Positions 16,579 through 33,417 of a DNA stretch of 64,000 nt are shown in pieces. The position numbers and the translations under genes were made by a program. The DNA is taken from the NCBI RefSeq assembly GCF_009914755.1, contig NC_060942.1; one strand, written 5' to 3'. Under the pieces are notes generated by a model. The model ran no database searches. It was not told the origin of the DNA and was given only the letters and a program-made list of their open reading frames with translations. Each line of letters starts with the position of its first letter. The first letter of the stretch is position 1. Origin of the DNA: the human T2T-CHM13v2.0 reference genome, Homo sapiens.

Positions 16579-17529
16579 ATTAATAGTATATATTGGAGTC
16601 ATGCACTTCTACAAAAATAGCTGCATGCTGAGTTTGGCTGATTCTTCCATCTTAGAAACAATTTGGTAGGTAAAATTTAAATGTTATTACCCTTACATAG
16701 ACGAGGCTATTAGTGCACAGGAGGTTAAATTTAAGGTCACACAATTAGTGCTGAGCCAAATGTAGAAATCAGGTTTCCTTGTCTACAATTCCTCCCACTG
16801 GACCAAATTCCCCCTTAGAGCAATGCAGAAACAGCATTCTAGAAGGAATTTAGATTTATTTCTAAACTCGATCTGGTTCCATTGTGAGTATAAAAACCTG
16901 ATTTGCAATCGGAGCCTGGAGTGTCACCCACCGCCTGTGTGGATGATTTTGTTACCAGCTGCTGAAACACTTCAATGGGAAGACATGGAATTCCTGCAGG
17001 AAATGACTCCAGGCAGCTCTGAATAAGTGAGGAAATTAAATGACTAACTTCAATGTTTCCTGGTTTTTGTCTATCTTAATTAACAATTTATTTTGGTAAA
17101 GGAAAAACTGAATAACTTTTTAATAGTCAACACGTAAAACTTAATATTTGTTTATAATAAAAACATGATTTCCATGTCTACTTTTATTTGCAAAACACCC
17201 AGCTTTTTAAATAATTTTCTCCTTCGGTAATTGTGTTTATTGAAGAGTTTCTCTTTAAAAAAACAATGACAGCATATATATGTGGGAAATATCAATTTCC
17301 TTCTCATAGTTCCCAAAGGCACACTTATGAAAAATGTGTTGATTATTAACAGAGCTAATATTTTTGTGGTAGTGTTATTACTGAACATCTATAAGAATTG
17401 GAGTTTGGGGTTGACAGAGGTGCTGCAGTCCAAATACATTATTGATTTCTATGTCATGTTAAATGTAGCATGGACCTAATTGAACATAATTACTACTTTT
17501 GATACATATTTTATGTGGTTCCTACTTTG

Positions 17530-17780
17530 CCTTCATTCATTTATTCCACAATACTTACTGAATGTCTGCCATGTACCAGGCATTCTTCTAGGTGCTGAGA
17601 TACAAGGTAAATTAAACAAAGCTCCTGCTCCCATGGAGCTAACGTTCTAGTTGAAGGGAAAACAGACAATTAACAAAAAGACAGGAAAATATGTCAGGGA
17701 GTTGTAATTGCTATGAAGAAAAACAGAGTGAGACAAGAATGAGGGAGGGGTACTACCTTAAATGGCGGGGGGTCAGGAAA
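17530..17780 (-). mobile_element. L2 3' fragment
   Basis: ttcattcatttattc...tacttactgaatgtctgccatgtaccaggcattcttctaggtgctgagataca. Confidence 0.7.
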
Positions 17781-18669
17781 TCAGGGAAATCCTGGGTTTG
17801 TCTGTGGAAAGTTAATAATTTCAGACTAATAATCCATCACGGACAACTATCATCGTGGCTGTATAATTGTGACATTCCATTCTTTCCTGGGTTCTACAAG
17901 TGTTTAGGAAAAACTTTTAAATTCAAGGTTAATGGTTAGCAATTTCGAGAAAGCTGATTTTATATCCGTGTAACTTCTGTCTTTATTTTTAGCCTTCTTT
18001 ACAGGACAGTATCTCTTAGGACTAAAGAAGTTGGGGCAAAACCAAAGTTCTCCTCACAGGGCTACTTAACTTTCATGCCAAGCAAACATAAACAAATTTG
18101 AATTAGTAATTAAGTTTAGAGACACCAATTACATTTTTACTGAAATTAAATAAAGGCAAATTCTCCTTAATATTTCCAGAATGACTATTAACAACCACAA
18201 GTGTTACCTTTTGTTGAACAACATAATGTGCCAAGTACAGAACTTCATGTACATCTTCTTTCTTGTTTTTCAGCAGCCCTAGATATGGGCACAATTGCTC
18301 CCATCTTTTAGGTAAGGAAATTGGGACTCTGATAAGTTAAATACTCTCCCTGAGGTCCCAGAAGTAATCATGTCATATTTGGAGTCTGACATCACTTCTG
18401 CCTGATCTTATGCGTCTGCAAGGAACAATGAAGATGATCTAATTTAACCTCATTTTACATATGGGTAAACAGAGACAGCTGTGGTGACCTGCCCAGGGTC
18501 ACAGAACCAGTGAGCTGGTAGCAGAGTTGGGACTAGAGCCCAGTAGGAACTCCTCCGATGACACCGTGCTGCCTCCCAGTGAGAGCTATGCAAGCCAAAC
18601 TCTGCAACCCACTGCCTTTTCAATGAACATCCAGGTCAGTTGGGTACCCACTTGGGACCAGGATGAATC

Positions 18670-20580
<1,911 letters not shown>

Positions 20581-22159
20581 AATCATTAACTGACATGCAT
20601 AATTTTCATGGGTTTTTTGTTTGTTTTTAAATGTGTTTTCTGTTTTCCTGTTGAGAAACTCAGGTAACTATAATTCCATCTATTGTCTCCTCTGCGAAGG
20701 TGATGCGTTTCAAAATTAACAAGTAAATTAGTTGCATCACCACTGTGGCAATCACTTCATTCAATTCAATTCCATTTAACATAACAAGCGTTTACTGAGA
20801 ACTCAAAACACAATGAAAGGAAGATGCATAAGGTCTCCACATGCTTTTCAGACCTCAGTGTACACCTGAATCATCTGGGGAACTGGTAAAATGTGTTGAT
20901 TCCTGGGGTCCAACTCCAGAGATTCTGATTTAGTAGATCTGGAGTGGAGCCTAGTACACAACATTTTAAATTAAGTGCTATAGGTAAAATTGATGTAGAA
21001 AATCTTTGGATTATGTTCTGACAAAGACTAGCAAGAGCTCATGATCTAATCGCAAAGAAATCTATGTATTAAAGACAAAAACTAAAACAAGGTACAAACT
21101 ACAATAAAGCTATAAAGAACATTGGATGGAGAAATTACAACTTGTTGAAGAAATGGGATTAAGTTTCACCTTGAAATAAGTAGGGAAAAGCTCTAAATTA
21201 ATTCACTAAAAATATATTTAGCTCCTCCTACTAAGGTTTAGCACTGTTCTCAGTGCTGGGGATACACTAGGGAACAATGCATACCAAATCTCTGCCCTAT
21301 GTTGCTTATGTACTACTGAAAGCAGCCTTTCCCTAGGCAAAGAGTAGTGTCTGTAATGGGAGCACCAGGAAATACACAAGGAAATGCAGATAGGAACCAA
21401 AGTGTAGACGCTTTTCTGCATCTAGCAGTATTTTTGTATTCCAAACTAACATAGTTTCTTCCAATCCTTGGGTTTTATAGTCCTCAGATATCCAAAGTGT
21501 TTTCTCACCCTTTTGTGAACAGAGAGCATTTTTAGCATTCCCATTTACCTTTGTTGTTTGTGTTGACCTCTGGCTTCCCTCCAACTTCACCACATCTTTC
21601 TTGTTATTAGTTGTCTACAAAAAAACTCCAGTATACCAGGTAAGCTTACAAGAATTACAAAATGACTGCCAATGACCTCTGTCTAATTCTATGACCTAGA
21701 ACCTCTTCTGAAGCACCTGACACTAGCTTTGAATTGACTCCTCAAGAACCATGGCAAACTCTTTTCTAATTGACTATCTGCCACCACTCTAGGCATTTGT
21801 GGTGTGTGTACAGAAGGCTGTATACCACCTTCTAATCTCTACTCAGCCTCTAACTATCTGTATTTCAGTTGATAATCCCTGTGCTAATTCTGGTTGGTAA
21901 CTTCTCCAGACAATCTTTAGCTTGTTATGTGGAAGTCTGGGGGAGGGGTTTGTTGATGTAATACCAGTTAATCAGATATCATCTGAAAAAGCCATCAGCT
22001 TACAGTTGATAGTAGTGGTAACTCCTCCTGATTCATTAGTACAGATGTTCCATTAATATCAGTAACAATGCATTTGACACTTTTCCAAAGCTTGATGAAA
22101 AAAAATAGTTCTTTACATTTATTCTTCCACTGAGGTTTTCCTTTACGTAACAGTATTTA

Positions 22160-22895
22160 TTCTTCTTTTAAAAATTTTGTTGTGGTAAAATTACTTAACA
22201 TGAGATCAAACCTCTTAATGGATTTTTAAGTGTACTTTATGGTGGTGTTATCTACAGGCACAACGTTGTACAGTAAATCTCTAGAACTTACTCATCTTGC
22301 ATAACTGAAATTTCACACCCATTGATTAACAACATCCAATTCCCTTACCCCCACAACCCCTGACAACCAACATTCTATTTTTTGCTTCAATGAGTTTGAC
22401 TACTTTAGATACTTCATGTACATGGAATCATGCCATACCTGCCCATCTGCGACTGGCGTATTTCACTTAGCATAATGTCCTCAAGATTCACTTATGTTAT
22501 TCCATATTGTAGAATCTCCTTTTTTAGGGCTGAATAATATTCCATTGTATATATATGCCATATTTTCTTTATCCATTCATTCACTGATGGGCATTTAGTT
22601 CATTTCCACATATTGGCTATTATAAATAATGCTGCAGTGAACACAGGAGTGCTCCTATCTTTTCGAGATCCTGATTTCAACTCTTTTGGATAAATATCTA
22701 TAAGAGGAATTGCTAAGTCATATAGTAATTCTATTTTGATTTTAAATTTTTTTCCATACTATTTTCCATAGAGACTGCACCATTTTGCATTCCCATCAAC
22801 AGTGTATACTGTTGGTCTATCCTCACCAACACTTATTGCCTTTTGTTTTTTGTTAATAGCCATTCTAACAGGTATGATGTGATATCACATTGGGA
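22160..22895 (-). mobile_element. L1M (MA/MB) 3' fragment
   Basis: Antisense L1 3' motifs (ggctgaataatattccattgtatatat, tttatccattcattcactgatgggcatttag). Confidence 0.82.
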
Positions 22896-23293
22896 AGAGG
22901 TATTTCTAAGTCAATAGGATAACTTTTCTTAAGGAAGAAAGTAATTCCTGCTCATGATTCTGTATTATATTAACATATTAATATATTTATACACATGAAG
23001 TAGAAGGTTGAGAAAGTTATCTAAAGAGACTTTGGAGTCAGTTCGACTAAAACTTGAATTTTTGTTCTGTCCTCCAATAGCCTTGTGATATTGAAAAATT
23101 CATGTAATCTTTCACTGTCTCAGTTTCCCTGTCTGTAAAATAAAGTGGGGCTATAAATAACATTTCTCTCAGAGGGTTCTTGAGAGGGATATATTTATTC
23201 TGAAAACTGGTAAATAATGGGAAAGAATTCTAACATTAATATTGTTTTTGGGGGGAGTATTTCAGAGTAATCAAATAACTAACAAGAGAAAGT

Positions 23294-23294
<1 letters not shown>

Positions 23295-23336
<42 letters not shown>
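23295..23336. repeat. (TATC)10 tetranucleotide STR
   Basis: Ten perfect units. Confidence 0.95.
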
Positions 23337-23349
23337 ATAGCTAGTAAAA

Positions 23350-24200
23350 GAAATAACAATTAGCAAATCATCATTTGTCACCCCTGTGAGATCATGGTCC
23401 CAGGAAACAATCTTTCTTCAGCAGCTACTAACACCATTGGGTGAAATGTTGATGGGAACTTTATAATTGATGGATCAGACTGACACCTCCTGAACCCCTC
23501 CTAAACACTGGCCAACCTTAACTCCACTCCCACAAAGTGGGATAAGCACCCATTATGTGCATCCTGGTGGCATGCAACAGAAAGTACAAGGTACCACCTG
23601 CCAAGACCCCTATCTACCAGGTTAAGAAAATATGAAGGATGGAGGAACATGTTAAATGACACCATGAGGATGCAATTAGCTAAATACATAACAAAAGAAG
23701 TTATGTAGGAAAGATTACTCAGTTTCTTCCACAAATAAATCACATTAAAAATAAAGAGGAAAAGGGGGGGAACTCCCTTAAAGGATATATCAACCACATG
23801 CAAATATGTGGATATTTTTAGGATCCTCATTCAAGCAATCCAGCCATCAAAAGATATTTTCAAGACAACTAGGGAAAATTGAAAACTAATTGGGAAAAAG
23901 ATGATATTAAAGATTTATTGGTAATTTTGCTAGGTGTGATAACAATACTGAGTTATGGTTGAAAAAAGAGCATTTGCCTATCAGCAAATATTGAGGTAAA
24001 GTGGCATGTTGTCTAGGAGTTGCTTTAAAATACTCTAGTAAAAATAAGTGTGCATATGTTTCATCTCTATGTGTCTGGTGTATTAGAAGGAGCAGAAAGA
24101 TGAAAGCAAATGACAGAATGTTGATAATTTTTAGAGCCAGGTGATGACTGAAAGAGGATTCACTCTGCTATTTTCTCTGTGCTTATGTGTTTGAAGTTTT
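23350..24200 (+). mobile_element. L1MC-type 3' fragments
   Basis: Degenerate L1MC4-like 3' UTR motifs. Confidence 0.5.
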
Positions 24201-24517
24201 GCACAAAACCCATGTTCTTACACCAAAGCAAGCAGATATCATAAATAAGAATTGTTTGCATAATTTGTATGATATTTCAAAACAAAAAAACACCTGAAAT
24301 AAATTTTCAAACTTTCAGCAGTTGCTCCTTATGCCTCAGGCACCTGGGGGCACACAGTTACTGTCTCTTGCCATTAGGGGTGATTTGAGAGGTCAGAGAA
24401 GCACTAAAAGGGTTGAAGGAAGCTTTATAATCCATAGCTCAAGCTCTGAAAAGTAAATGAACTAATGTCATTTAAATGTAGTGGGTCAGGACCAGCATTT
24501 TAAAAACATGAAACAGA

Positions 24518-25346
24518 GAAAACAAAGCTGCCAGGAAGTTTAAACTGGGCGGAGCCCACCACAGCTCAGCAAGGCCTCTGCGGCCAGACTCCCTCTCTAG
24601 ATTCCTCCTCTCTGGGCAGGGCATCTCTGAAAAACAGGCAGCAACCCCAGTTAGGGACTTATAGATAAAACCCCCATCTCCCTGGGACAGAGTACCTGAG
24701 GGAAGGGGCAGTTGTGGGCGCAGCTTCAGCTGACTTAAACGTCCCTGTCTGACAGCTCTGAAGAGAGCAGCAGATCTCCCAGCTCAGCATTCGAGCTCTG
24801 ATAAGGGACACACTGCCTCCTCAAGTGAGTCCCTGATCCCCGTGGATCCTGACTGGAAGATACCTCCCAGTAGGGGCCGACAGACACCTCACACAGGAGA
24901 GCTCCGGCTGGCATCTGGTGGGTGCCCCTCTTCGACGAAGCTTCCAGAGGAAGGAACAGACAGCAATCTTTGCTGTTCTGCAGCCTCTACTGGTGATATT
25001 CAGGCAAACAGGGTCTGGAGTGGACCTCCAGCAAACCTTTGCAAGGACATGGATGAAGCTGGAAACCATCATTCTTGGCAAACTAACACAACAACAGAAA
25101 ACCAAACTGAACACTCATAAGTGGGAGTTGAACAATGAGAACACATGGACACAGGGAGGGGTACGTCACACTCCGGGGCACGTCGGGGGGTGGGGGCTAG
25201 GGGAGGGATAGCATTAGGAGAAATACCTAATGTAGATGACGGGTTGATGGGTGCAGCAAACCACCGTGGCACATGTATACCTATGTAACAAACCTGCACA
25301 TTCTGCACGTGTACCCCAGAACTTAAGGTATAATAATAATAATAAT
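24518..25346 (+). mobile_element. Internally deleted L1PA (PA7-era): partial 5' UTR fused to ORF2 end and 3' UTR
   Basis: 5' UTR sequence to ~25036, then ctttgcaaggacatggatgaagctggaaacc, 3' UTR and (TAA)n tail; TSD aaaacatgaaa(c/t)aga. Confidence 0.88.
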
Positions 25347-26744
25347 AAAACATGAAATAGAATAAAATAGAAAAATGCCAGACTGCATCTTCCATAATAG
25401 TACATTACCTATATGAGTTATTTACCACTGATATCAGGGCTTTTCAATTCTGAATGTGCACCTGAATCAGCTGAGGATCTTGTTACAATGCAGATTCTGA
25501 CTCTAGGTCTGGGGAGGGGTCTGAGATTCTGCATTTTTAACATGCTCTTCCGGGGAGCTTACAGTCTAGGGGTGGAACACACAGGTTCAATCTTGCAAAA
25601 TGGCAGGTTGTACAAATACAAATGGGAGTGCAGCAGAAAAGGAAGACTAGCTCTGCCTGAGATTTCATGGTTGAGTAGGAGTATGTTAGGCAGAGAAGCA
25701 CCTGAGAGGCAGTCCAAGGAGTGACTGGCAAGTGCCAAGGACCAGTGAGCTTTTCTTGGCATGGTTACATCACTCTCTATTGCAGCTCAACATGGTTTCC
25801 AAGGCCACAACCTGATGGCAGTTGCCCCTCGTGAGTTTAAGCTAGCTCAGCCAGCAGGTGTGCTGGAGGCCTTGATGTCTTCCCTTGAAGGCCTGGCACC
25901 TGCAGTTCTGGTGGCTGTCACCTGGCGATGAGCAACGTGCTCCTGCAAATAGCAGCCTTCAGGACTTCGTGGCGCCCCTTTCCTTCCTACTTTTCCAAAC
26001 TGCGCTCACAGCTCTCCACCCTGGCCCTGCCTTCCACAGATCTCACTTTCTATTTTGCATAAAGGGCCACTGCCATCTGATTTTCACTGCTTCTCCTTTC
26101 TCTTCCTCAAAAATCACTGATATTCTTTGTGTGTGTGTCTCCTTCTGCTGCAAAAGAGGAATCTGCAAGGGTGACAACTCACCTAAGCCTTGGACCTCAC
26201 TTCTCCCAGCACCTCCCCCAGCCTCTCCATGTCTTGTATGCTCCCCTTCACTCACTTACAGAACCCTCTGCCCTGTTTACAAACATGCCACTTCTCCAGG
26301 CACCCAAGGGTGTCTCTAAACCCTGTTACTTTCTTAGGTTCCTTGCAAGTAGCAGCAGTGCCTTACTCCATGATAAACCCACAGCCCTAATTACTCCCCA
26401 CGCTCTTCCTCATCTGCAGTGTGCATAAGCGTTGATTCAGGGAGGAAGGAATAAAATTGTTGCTGCCTCTCACCTTCTCTTCATCTCTAAACCCTGTGCC
26501 TCTGATTGTTGGTTTCTCCTGTTTCTAGCCTCCCCTGGGCTCTGGTTTCCTGTCCTAGAGGGTGTCATCCCCACATGGGCCTCAAGAGGAGCTGTGCCCT
26601 CTTTAACACCTCAGTCTATTTGAGGCCAGACACTTTTTGTTAATTACCTTCCGGCACAACTAAGACCAGTCAGAACCCTTTAAATGAGACTGAAGATTTG
26701 GGGTAAACAAATTGAAGAAACAACCTGAAACCAAATTATCCACT

Positions 26745-27111
26745 TGATATGGTTTGGCTGTGTCCTCACCCAAATCTCATCTTGAATTGTAGCTCCCATA
26801 ATCCTCACGTGTCATGGGAGTGACCTGGTGGGAGATAATTGAACCATGGGGGTGGGTTTTTCTCATGATGTTCTCATGATAGTGAAAAAGTTTCATGAGA
26901 TCTAATGGCTTTATAAAGGGCAGTTCCCCTTGCATATGCTCTCTCTTGCCTGCTGCCATGTAAGATGTGACTTTGCTCCTCCTTTGCCTTCTGCCATGAT
27001 TGTGAGGCCTCCCCAGCCATGTGGAACTGTGAGTTCATTAACCCTCTTTCCTTTATAAATTACCCAGTCTTGGGTATGTCCTTATTAGCTGTGTGAGAAT
27101 GGACGAATATA
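26745..27111 (+). mobile_element. THE1 solo LTR
   Basis: tgatatggtttggctgtgtcc...aaattacccagtcttgggtatgtc; flanks ccact/ccacc. Confidence 0.9.
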
Positions 27112-28998
27112 CCACCCAACAAAGTAGGGCTTTCTCCTACAGCATTCAGTATGAGGATGCTTCCCTGCCCTGTTCCCTGTGGCAGAGAACATCTTTCCTC
27201 CTATATTGGAGCTTCTTCAAGTTCTTTTTAAACTCTGGAAGTCCAGATTCAAGAAAGTGAGACCCAGAGAGATTTGCCTCCTGCTTACCTTTTGAGTAGG
27301 AATGTCTTCACAGAAAATCCAGCTTTCCTGACATCCTGATGTCCACCCTGTTCCTGAGAGACATGAGTAAGGCCTTGATCCATGGACTGAATTGGCCGTG
27401 GCCTTCAGAATACAACATAATGAACCCAACCTCTTTAAGAGACACACGTCTAGTACCATGGTGAACGTCATTATAGGGTTACTGTCACAGACCACCATAC
27501 CACCATTGACCCCATAACTGCTGAACTCATTGACCTCCTCTTGGTTTTCCTTCCCATCCATCTCGCTGAAGCTTTGGACACCACTGCTCCGTTTTGGCAC
27601 TCTTTCGTCGCTTGGCTCCTGTGACACTGTCACTTCTGGTTTTCCTCCAAATTCTCAGACCACTTTCTCTCCATCTTTGCTGCCTATACTTCCCCCTTTA
27701 AATGTCAGCATTGCCCAAACTTTTGTTCTTGGCTCTCTTCTCTTTATCTTCCCAACTAATTTCCTCCACTGTGCAGGTGCTTGTCCCCAGAACTTCTAAT
27801 GGTGTAGGAGAATTGGAAGCTTTACTGATTCTTTCCCTTCTCTAGACAGACAAAGCTCCTAGCTCCCCAGCATAGCCTCAAGCCACAGAAAACTTACCCC
27901 TAAGAGCTCTCATGTACCACCTTCAAAAAAGAATGGATCCTTTCCTGTTTAGCTTTCCCCAGGCTAATGCGACTTCCTCTTTTGAATACACAGGGTACTT
28001 AAAACATTTTTTTAGACTAGCTCTTATGTGACAGACACAGTTCCAGGTTCCCCACAATACACCTGTTGACTGGATAGTATTCTCTCCAAACCAGGCTTCA
28101 CAGAGGTCCCAGGACCTGCTCAGAGTCACAAGAGCAGCAAGTGGTGGACCTGGGACTCTGGATACATGATGGCCACACAGTGCTGGTTGTGCCTTCTTGA
28201 GTCACCTGCCTTACTTTGCCATCCACTATTTTTAATAGCAAAAACCTCAATTACTTTTGCAGCAACTGAATATTGTGTGTGTGTGCATTTAATTCCTCTG
28301 CACATAAACTTTTGAGTAACTTTCTTATTTTTCCTTTCAGCTCTTGGCACCAAGCTTTTAGTTTGAATTTTGGAGACAGTCTCAATTTTAAATATTTCAT
28401 CCTACTATGCAAATAAGTACTGTTGACCCACTTTGGGGCTCGTAAAGTGTGGTCATTGTTACAAATGCTTTGGACATTGCAGGCAATTAATAAATATCTG
28501 TAAAGCTGAATGAACAATATGGGAAAACAAGCCAGGTTTATTTCAGATTTCAGAGACCGAGAGCGTCATTCCAATGCAACTATAATGCTTTATTAAAACA
28601 AGCATAAATTTTAAGTGGTCACCAACTGCTAGCACTTGTGTGTGTTTTGAAAGAATGATGCAATACAGAATAAGAAAGAGTAGCTTTTTACATCATTTCA
28701 CCTCCAATATCAGAATAGAAGGAAAAAGTCTGACCATGGTCTTTTTCTGTAACTGGTTTGTGACTATTTTTATTGAACGTAAAATCATTATTCCTATTGA
28801 ACTTCCCCTCTGTTTAATTCTCACTCTTAATTTTAGGCTTATTACATCTACTACTTTGTAAGAAATGCTAGCATTTTCTATTAACTACTCTACTATGCCC
28901 CTTTAAAGTGGCTTCTTATGGGAAACATGCCGTTTTAATAGACATTTGTAGAAATTGGAAATTGGAAATTAGAGGTACGAACTTATTTCTTCACTTAA

Positions 28999-29362
<364 letters not shown>

Positions 29363-31944
29363 TAAAGAATACCCGTGTTCTCGCCCATAGTAGCATTTCC
29401 CAAACCAATTACATGAATGACGAAGGATTAATCTCATTGGTGGGATGTGAATTCTTACTAATCAGAAACAGACCAAGGTGTGCTGTCTTATCATGACCTT
29501 TTCTCCTAGTCTTTGGGCCTATTTCATTTCAGAGTTCAGAGTTCAACTTCTGCTCTTAAATCTCAACACGGAGTTACTTTCTTCAAGTTCCAGGCTACAA
29601 GACACTGTTTGGAGGATACCTGTCATTTATTTGTAGGTTGAAATTCTTCTTACCCTTTCGTTCCACTTGCCTCCTACCATTCTAGATTTTCCCCCTTTGA
29701 AGTGAGATTAGTGTTTGTTCTAATAGAGGGACTGGGGGAAAGTTCTCAGAAGATCTAACAACAGCAGCAATAGATAAATTAAATTGTACTACGTGCTGTC
29801 ATTCAGAAAAGCTGTTTACAGACAGAGCTATTTTGAAGCCATTAAAAAATGCTATTCATCTCAAACTTGCCATCTGTCTTCAGCTTCTGGAATCGTCTAC
29901 GGCGTTAGCGAAGAGATTAGTCTCTGTGGCCAGCTTCCTTCTAGCTCTCCCGTGACACTCAGGGAGGCTCTTATGGGAAGAAGGCAATTTATTTCAGCTG
30001 CACAACCACATGGCTAACTATACACAGCAATTATACAAAGCAAATGTATCAACTTCTGCCATGGGAGGCAGGAGTTCCCTTTCTGGTCATTAATAATGAA
30101 CAGTCTTCAGTAAGTAGGGAAACATTTACCAAATAAAATGGCCTATTACAGATGATCCCCTGGGCAGCTGAGAAATCGTGTGGCTGCTAAGGAAAGAGCG
30201 AAGCCAAAGAGGCTGATGTTGTCGCTCGACCTTGCTTGGTTGTCCTGGAAGCATCTCCGAACCAGCAGAAGATGTGACCCACTGGCTCTTTGTGCATAAG
30301 TGTCTAGTCCGAAAAGAAGTGGCCTGGTCTTTTCTATATTGAAATTCCATTGCTTCCTTTCCTGGCAGCTGCATAATTGGGAATGCCGTGAAATAAAAAT
30401 GAGGAGGAAGAAAATTAGAGCCGGGAAGTGTCAAGTTGATCGACTGCCAAGTTGGGGGATGGAAGTGTCCGGCAAATTCAGATTCTCCCAGGACCCCCTC
30501 CCACCATGTCACCCCACCATTTAAAACACTTGTTCCTCACACTTCAGGAACTCTCTGGAGGCTCCTAGCTGATCTAATGCTTAGACTATAACTTGGTCTA
30601 CAGTGATGTATTCAGAGGACTCTTTTGCAGTCGTTTTCATGAGCAAAATTCCTGAAAAGGTGCTGACATTTTAATGCCTCCTATTGATACTTTACATTTA
30701 GAGACAACAAGCTTTGCACTGCACGCAAAATCCTTGCAAATCCTAATGCTCTGTGGTCTTAGCCACCTCGCTCAAACATGGGGTGTAATTATTAATAGAA
30801 CAGATGAGGGACATGTTCATTTGAACGCAATCTTCATATTGAAGACAGCTGAGCATTAATTGATGTTCAACACCCTTCAGAGGTAGGAGTGTATTACCTG
30901 GCTTCTCAGATGGATGACTTCAGGCAGTGGAATGATAAAATCCAAAGCCTCAGGGCAGAGATTGTGCCTTTGATTAATTCTGCAAAGGGCATAATGGTGC
31001 AACAGTGATGGGAAAATAAAGCCATTAATAATAGTGTGATGAAACCTGTGGCTGCTCAGCTGCTTAAGAATGTAAGCTAGCTCTGGTGTTTTGCCAAATT
31101 CTGTTAAAAATTTGGTCCACACAATCATACGTTTGTGAATTGAGAGCATGTATGCACTCCTTTCAATAAACCACAAAAGATGAGGTGATGAGAACCAACT
31201 TGACCACTATTTTGAGCTTCAAAATGCCTTAAAAACTTTGGAAATATTATTAAGTTTTAAAAAATTTAGTCATGAAACACATATTCATTGAAGGGCAATG
31301 ATGTGCAAAGGACTGAACTGGGTGCTTAGTCCGTGCCCTTCTGGCTTACTATCCAACAGGAAATAAAAAGATATAGTTCATCACCATACAGGCTGATCAC
31401 TGCAGATAAGGGTAGAGACAGTATGTTATGGGAGAGGGTTCACATGGGAGGCACCTCATCCAGTCTTGGAGAGTAAGACAGGCTTCCCAGAGAAATCATC
31501 AAATGATATTTTAACTGGTAGCTTCAGGACTAGTAGAAGTCAACCGGGGGAAGGAATGGGACTTGGTAAGGATACAGTGGACACAGGCTGCTATTCTAAA
31601 ACTGCAGAGGAGAGAATGGATACAGAATGTTAGTAAGATCGGGCAGCTCAGTTGGTTTAAGTCAACTTGTATCTTAGTGAAAGCCACCCTGTTATCCCTC
31701 CACACCTTTAGAAATGAGATCTCCATGCAGAGATACTTCCCCTGAAAGAAGAAAGAGAGAGACAGAGAAGGAAAGAAGGAAAGAAAGAAAGAGGGAGGGA
31801 AGAAAGGAAAACAAAATTAACGATTGGCGAGGACTGCCAACCCGGTTCATAGGTAATGTGTTACCTCAAATTTGGTAAGAGAGTTTGAGGAAAAAGTTTC
31901 TGAAGGAAGATTGACTCAACATGGATTTTTATACTTATTCACTC

Positions 31945-31975
31945 TTTATTATTTCAACTTTCTTTTTAGTTTATT
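31945..31975 (-). terminator. Candidate distal AATAAA poly(A) signals for a read-through CTAGE1 transcript
   Basis: tttatt at 31945-31950 and 31970-31975, with nearer ones at 32701-32711. Usage is not demonstrable from sequence. Confidence 0.35.
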
Positions 31976-32952
31976 AGGTTCATGGAAAAAAATTAGTAGT
32001 CATTCAACAAAAGCAAATATTATTTTTCTTAGTTACAAACAAGCAATGTCAGACACAAGGAACTGAAGTAACGTTTTCAATCTCATTCAGGCCTATTCTG
32101 GGGAAAGGTGGCAAAGTAGACACAAAGAGATGACAATACCTGTTTCATACTGAACCTAATGAAATGAAGTGAACAATAAATTAATAAATAAAGCCAAAAA
32201 TGATTTAGGAACAGTGCTATAACTTTGGAAGTATCTAGAAATGCAAGACTGTGGAAATGGATGCCTGGCTCAATATAAAATTCCTCTAGAAAGAGTTCTG
32301 TGGATATGATACATAGACAGAAATCCAGAAAAATCTCCTTAATCTTGCAATTCCCACCTAACTTCCATTCTGGGAGTGAGATATGCTACCCAGTTGTGAA
32401 AATAATACATGTCTTTTCTGATTAGAAGTTCTTCCTTGATACCTTGGATAAATAGTATTCAACAGTGAAGGAAGAAACCACTAGGCTTACCATTCTATTT
32501 TTCTCTCACTGGAAGGAAGGCAAGAGGCCTAGTATTAAAAAAATCACCAGGAGTTAAATTTTTCCACTAGCAAATAGGGCTTTAACAGAACAGAAGCATA
32601 AAGTAGCTGAGGATAGTGGTGGTTCAAGGGAAGACGGAAAATGTATAGGAAGCCCCAGTGTACAATAAGGGCACCTCATGTCTCAAATAGTTACTTTTCT
32701 TTTATTTTATTACATTCAAGCAGAGACTGGAGTGGCATTAACTGCTAGGGGAGGCATGTGAGCTAGGATGCTTTTTAAAAGTGAGGGCAGGTTGTCCCCA
32801 AAAGAAGCAATGGCTTGGTGGCCCAGCTTGCATGAAGGACTAATCCAAAATTTGAGGGCGTCTCTCAGGGAACACGATACATTTCATCTTTTAACAGAAT
32901 TCCAGAGAAGAGAGCTCAATCAGAGATCAAATTCACCAACTGCAATTAAGCA

Positions 32953-33177
32953 CTATCTTAGATTTACTCCTTCCCCTTGCCACAGCAAGAGAAAAGCAGA
33001 ACATAAAACTAAAACTATTAGAACACCAACAGAGGTAAAGGTTGGGAAAGAAGTCAGGAGAAACTGATCTATATAATTCTGGGGCAAGTAAAAGTTCTGG
33101 ATAAAGTTGTTCCCACCAAATAAAAATAAAACAAAAGAAATAACAACACAATTATGTAATGATATGATGACAAACAT
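32953..33177 (-). CDS. 74-aa hydrophobic ORF matching cutaneous T-cell lymphoma-associated antigen cTAGE-1, in the 3' flank of the retrogene
   Basis: The translation [22 protein letters not shown]...[12 protein letters not shown] matches my recollection of the 74-aa cTAGE-1 entry. It lies outside the TSD-bounded insertion. The sequence cannot show whether it is translated. Confidence 0.55.
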
Positions 33178-33398
33178 AGGAAGAAATTAGCTTAGGGAAG
33201 ACGAAGGGAAGGAAAGGGAGGGCGAAGAAACCATTCTTGAGGAAAACAGAGGAAACACGAATACTTTCTGCTATAAATGTTTTACACTCTCAAAGTACTG
33301 AAAGAGGATATAAAATCTATAAGACAGGAGATCCAAGATCATCTTGGTTTAAAGTGAAATATTCTAACAGTTACATAGTATTCTACCTTCCCACCTGT

Positions 33399-33417
33399 GC
33401 ATATTTATATATTTCTT
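33399..33417. repeat. Target-site duplication, copy at the poly(A) end
   Basis: 17/19 identity with 37665-37683; abuts the T-tract. Confidence 0.85.
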
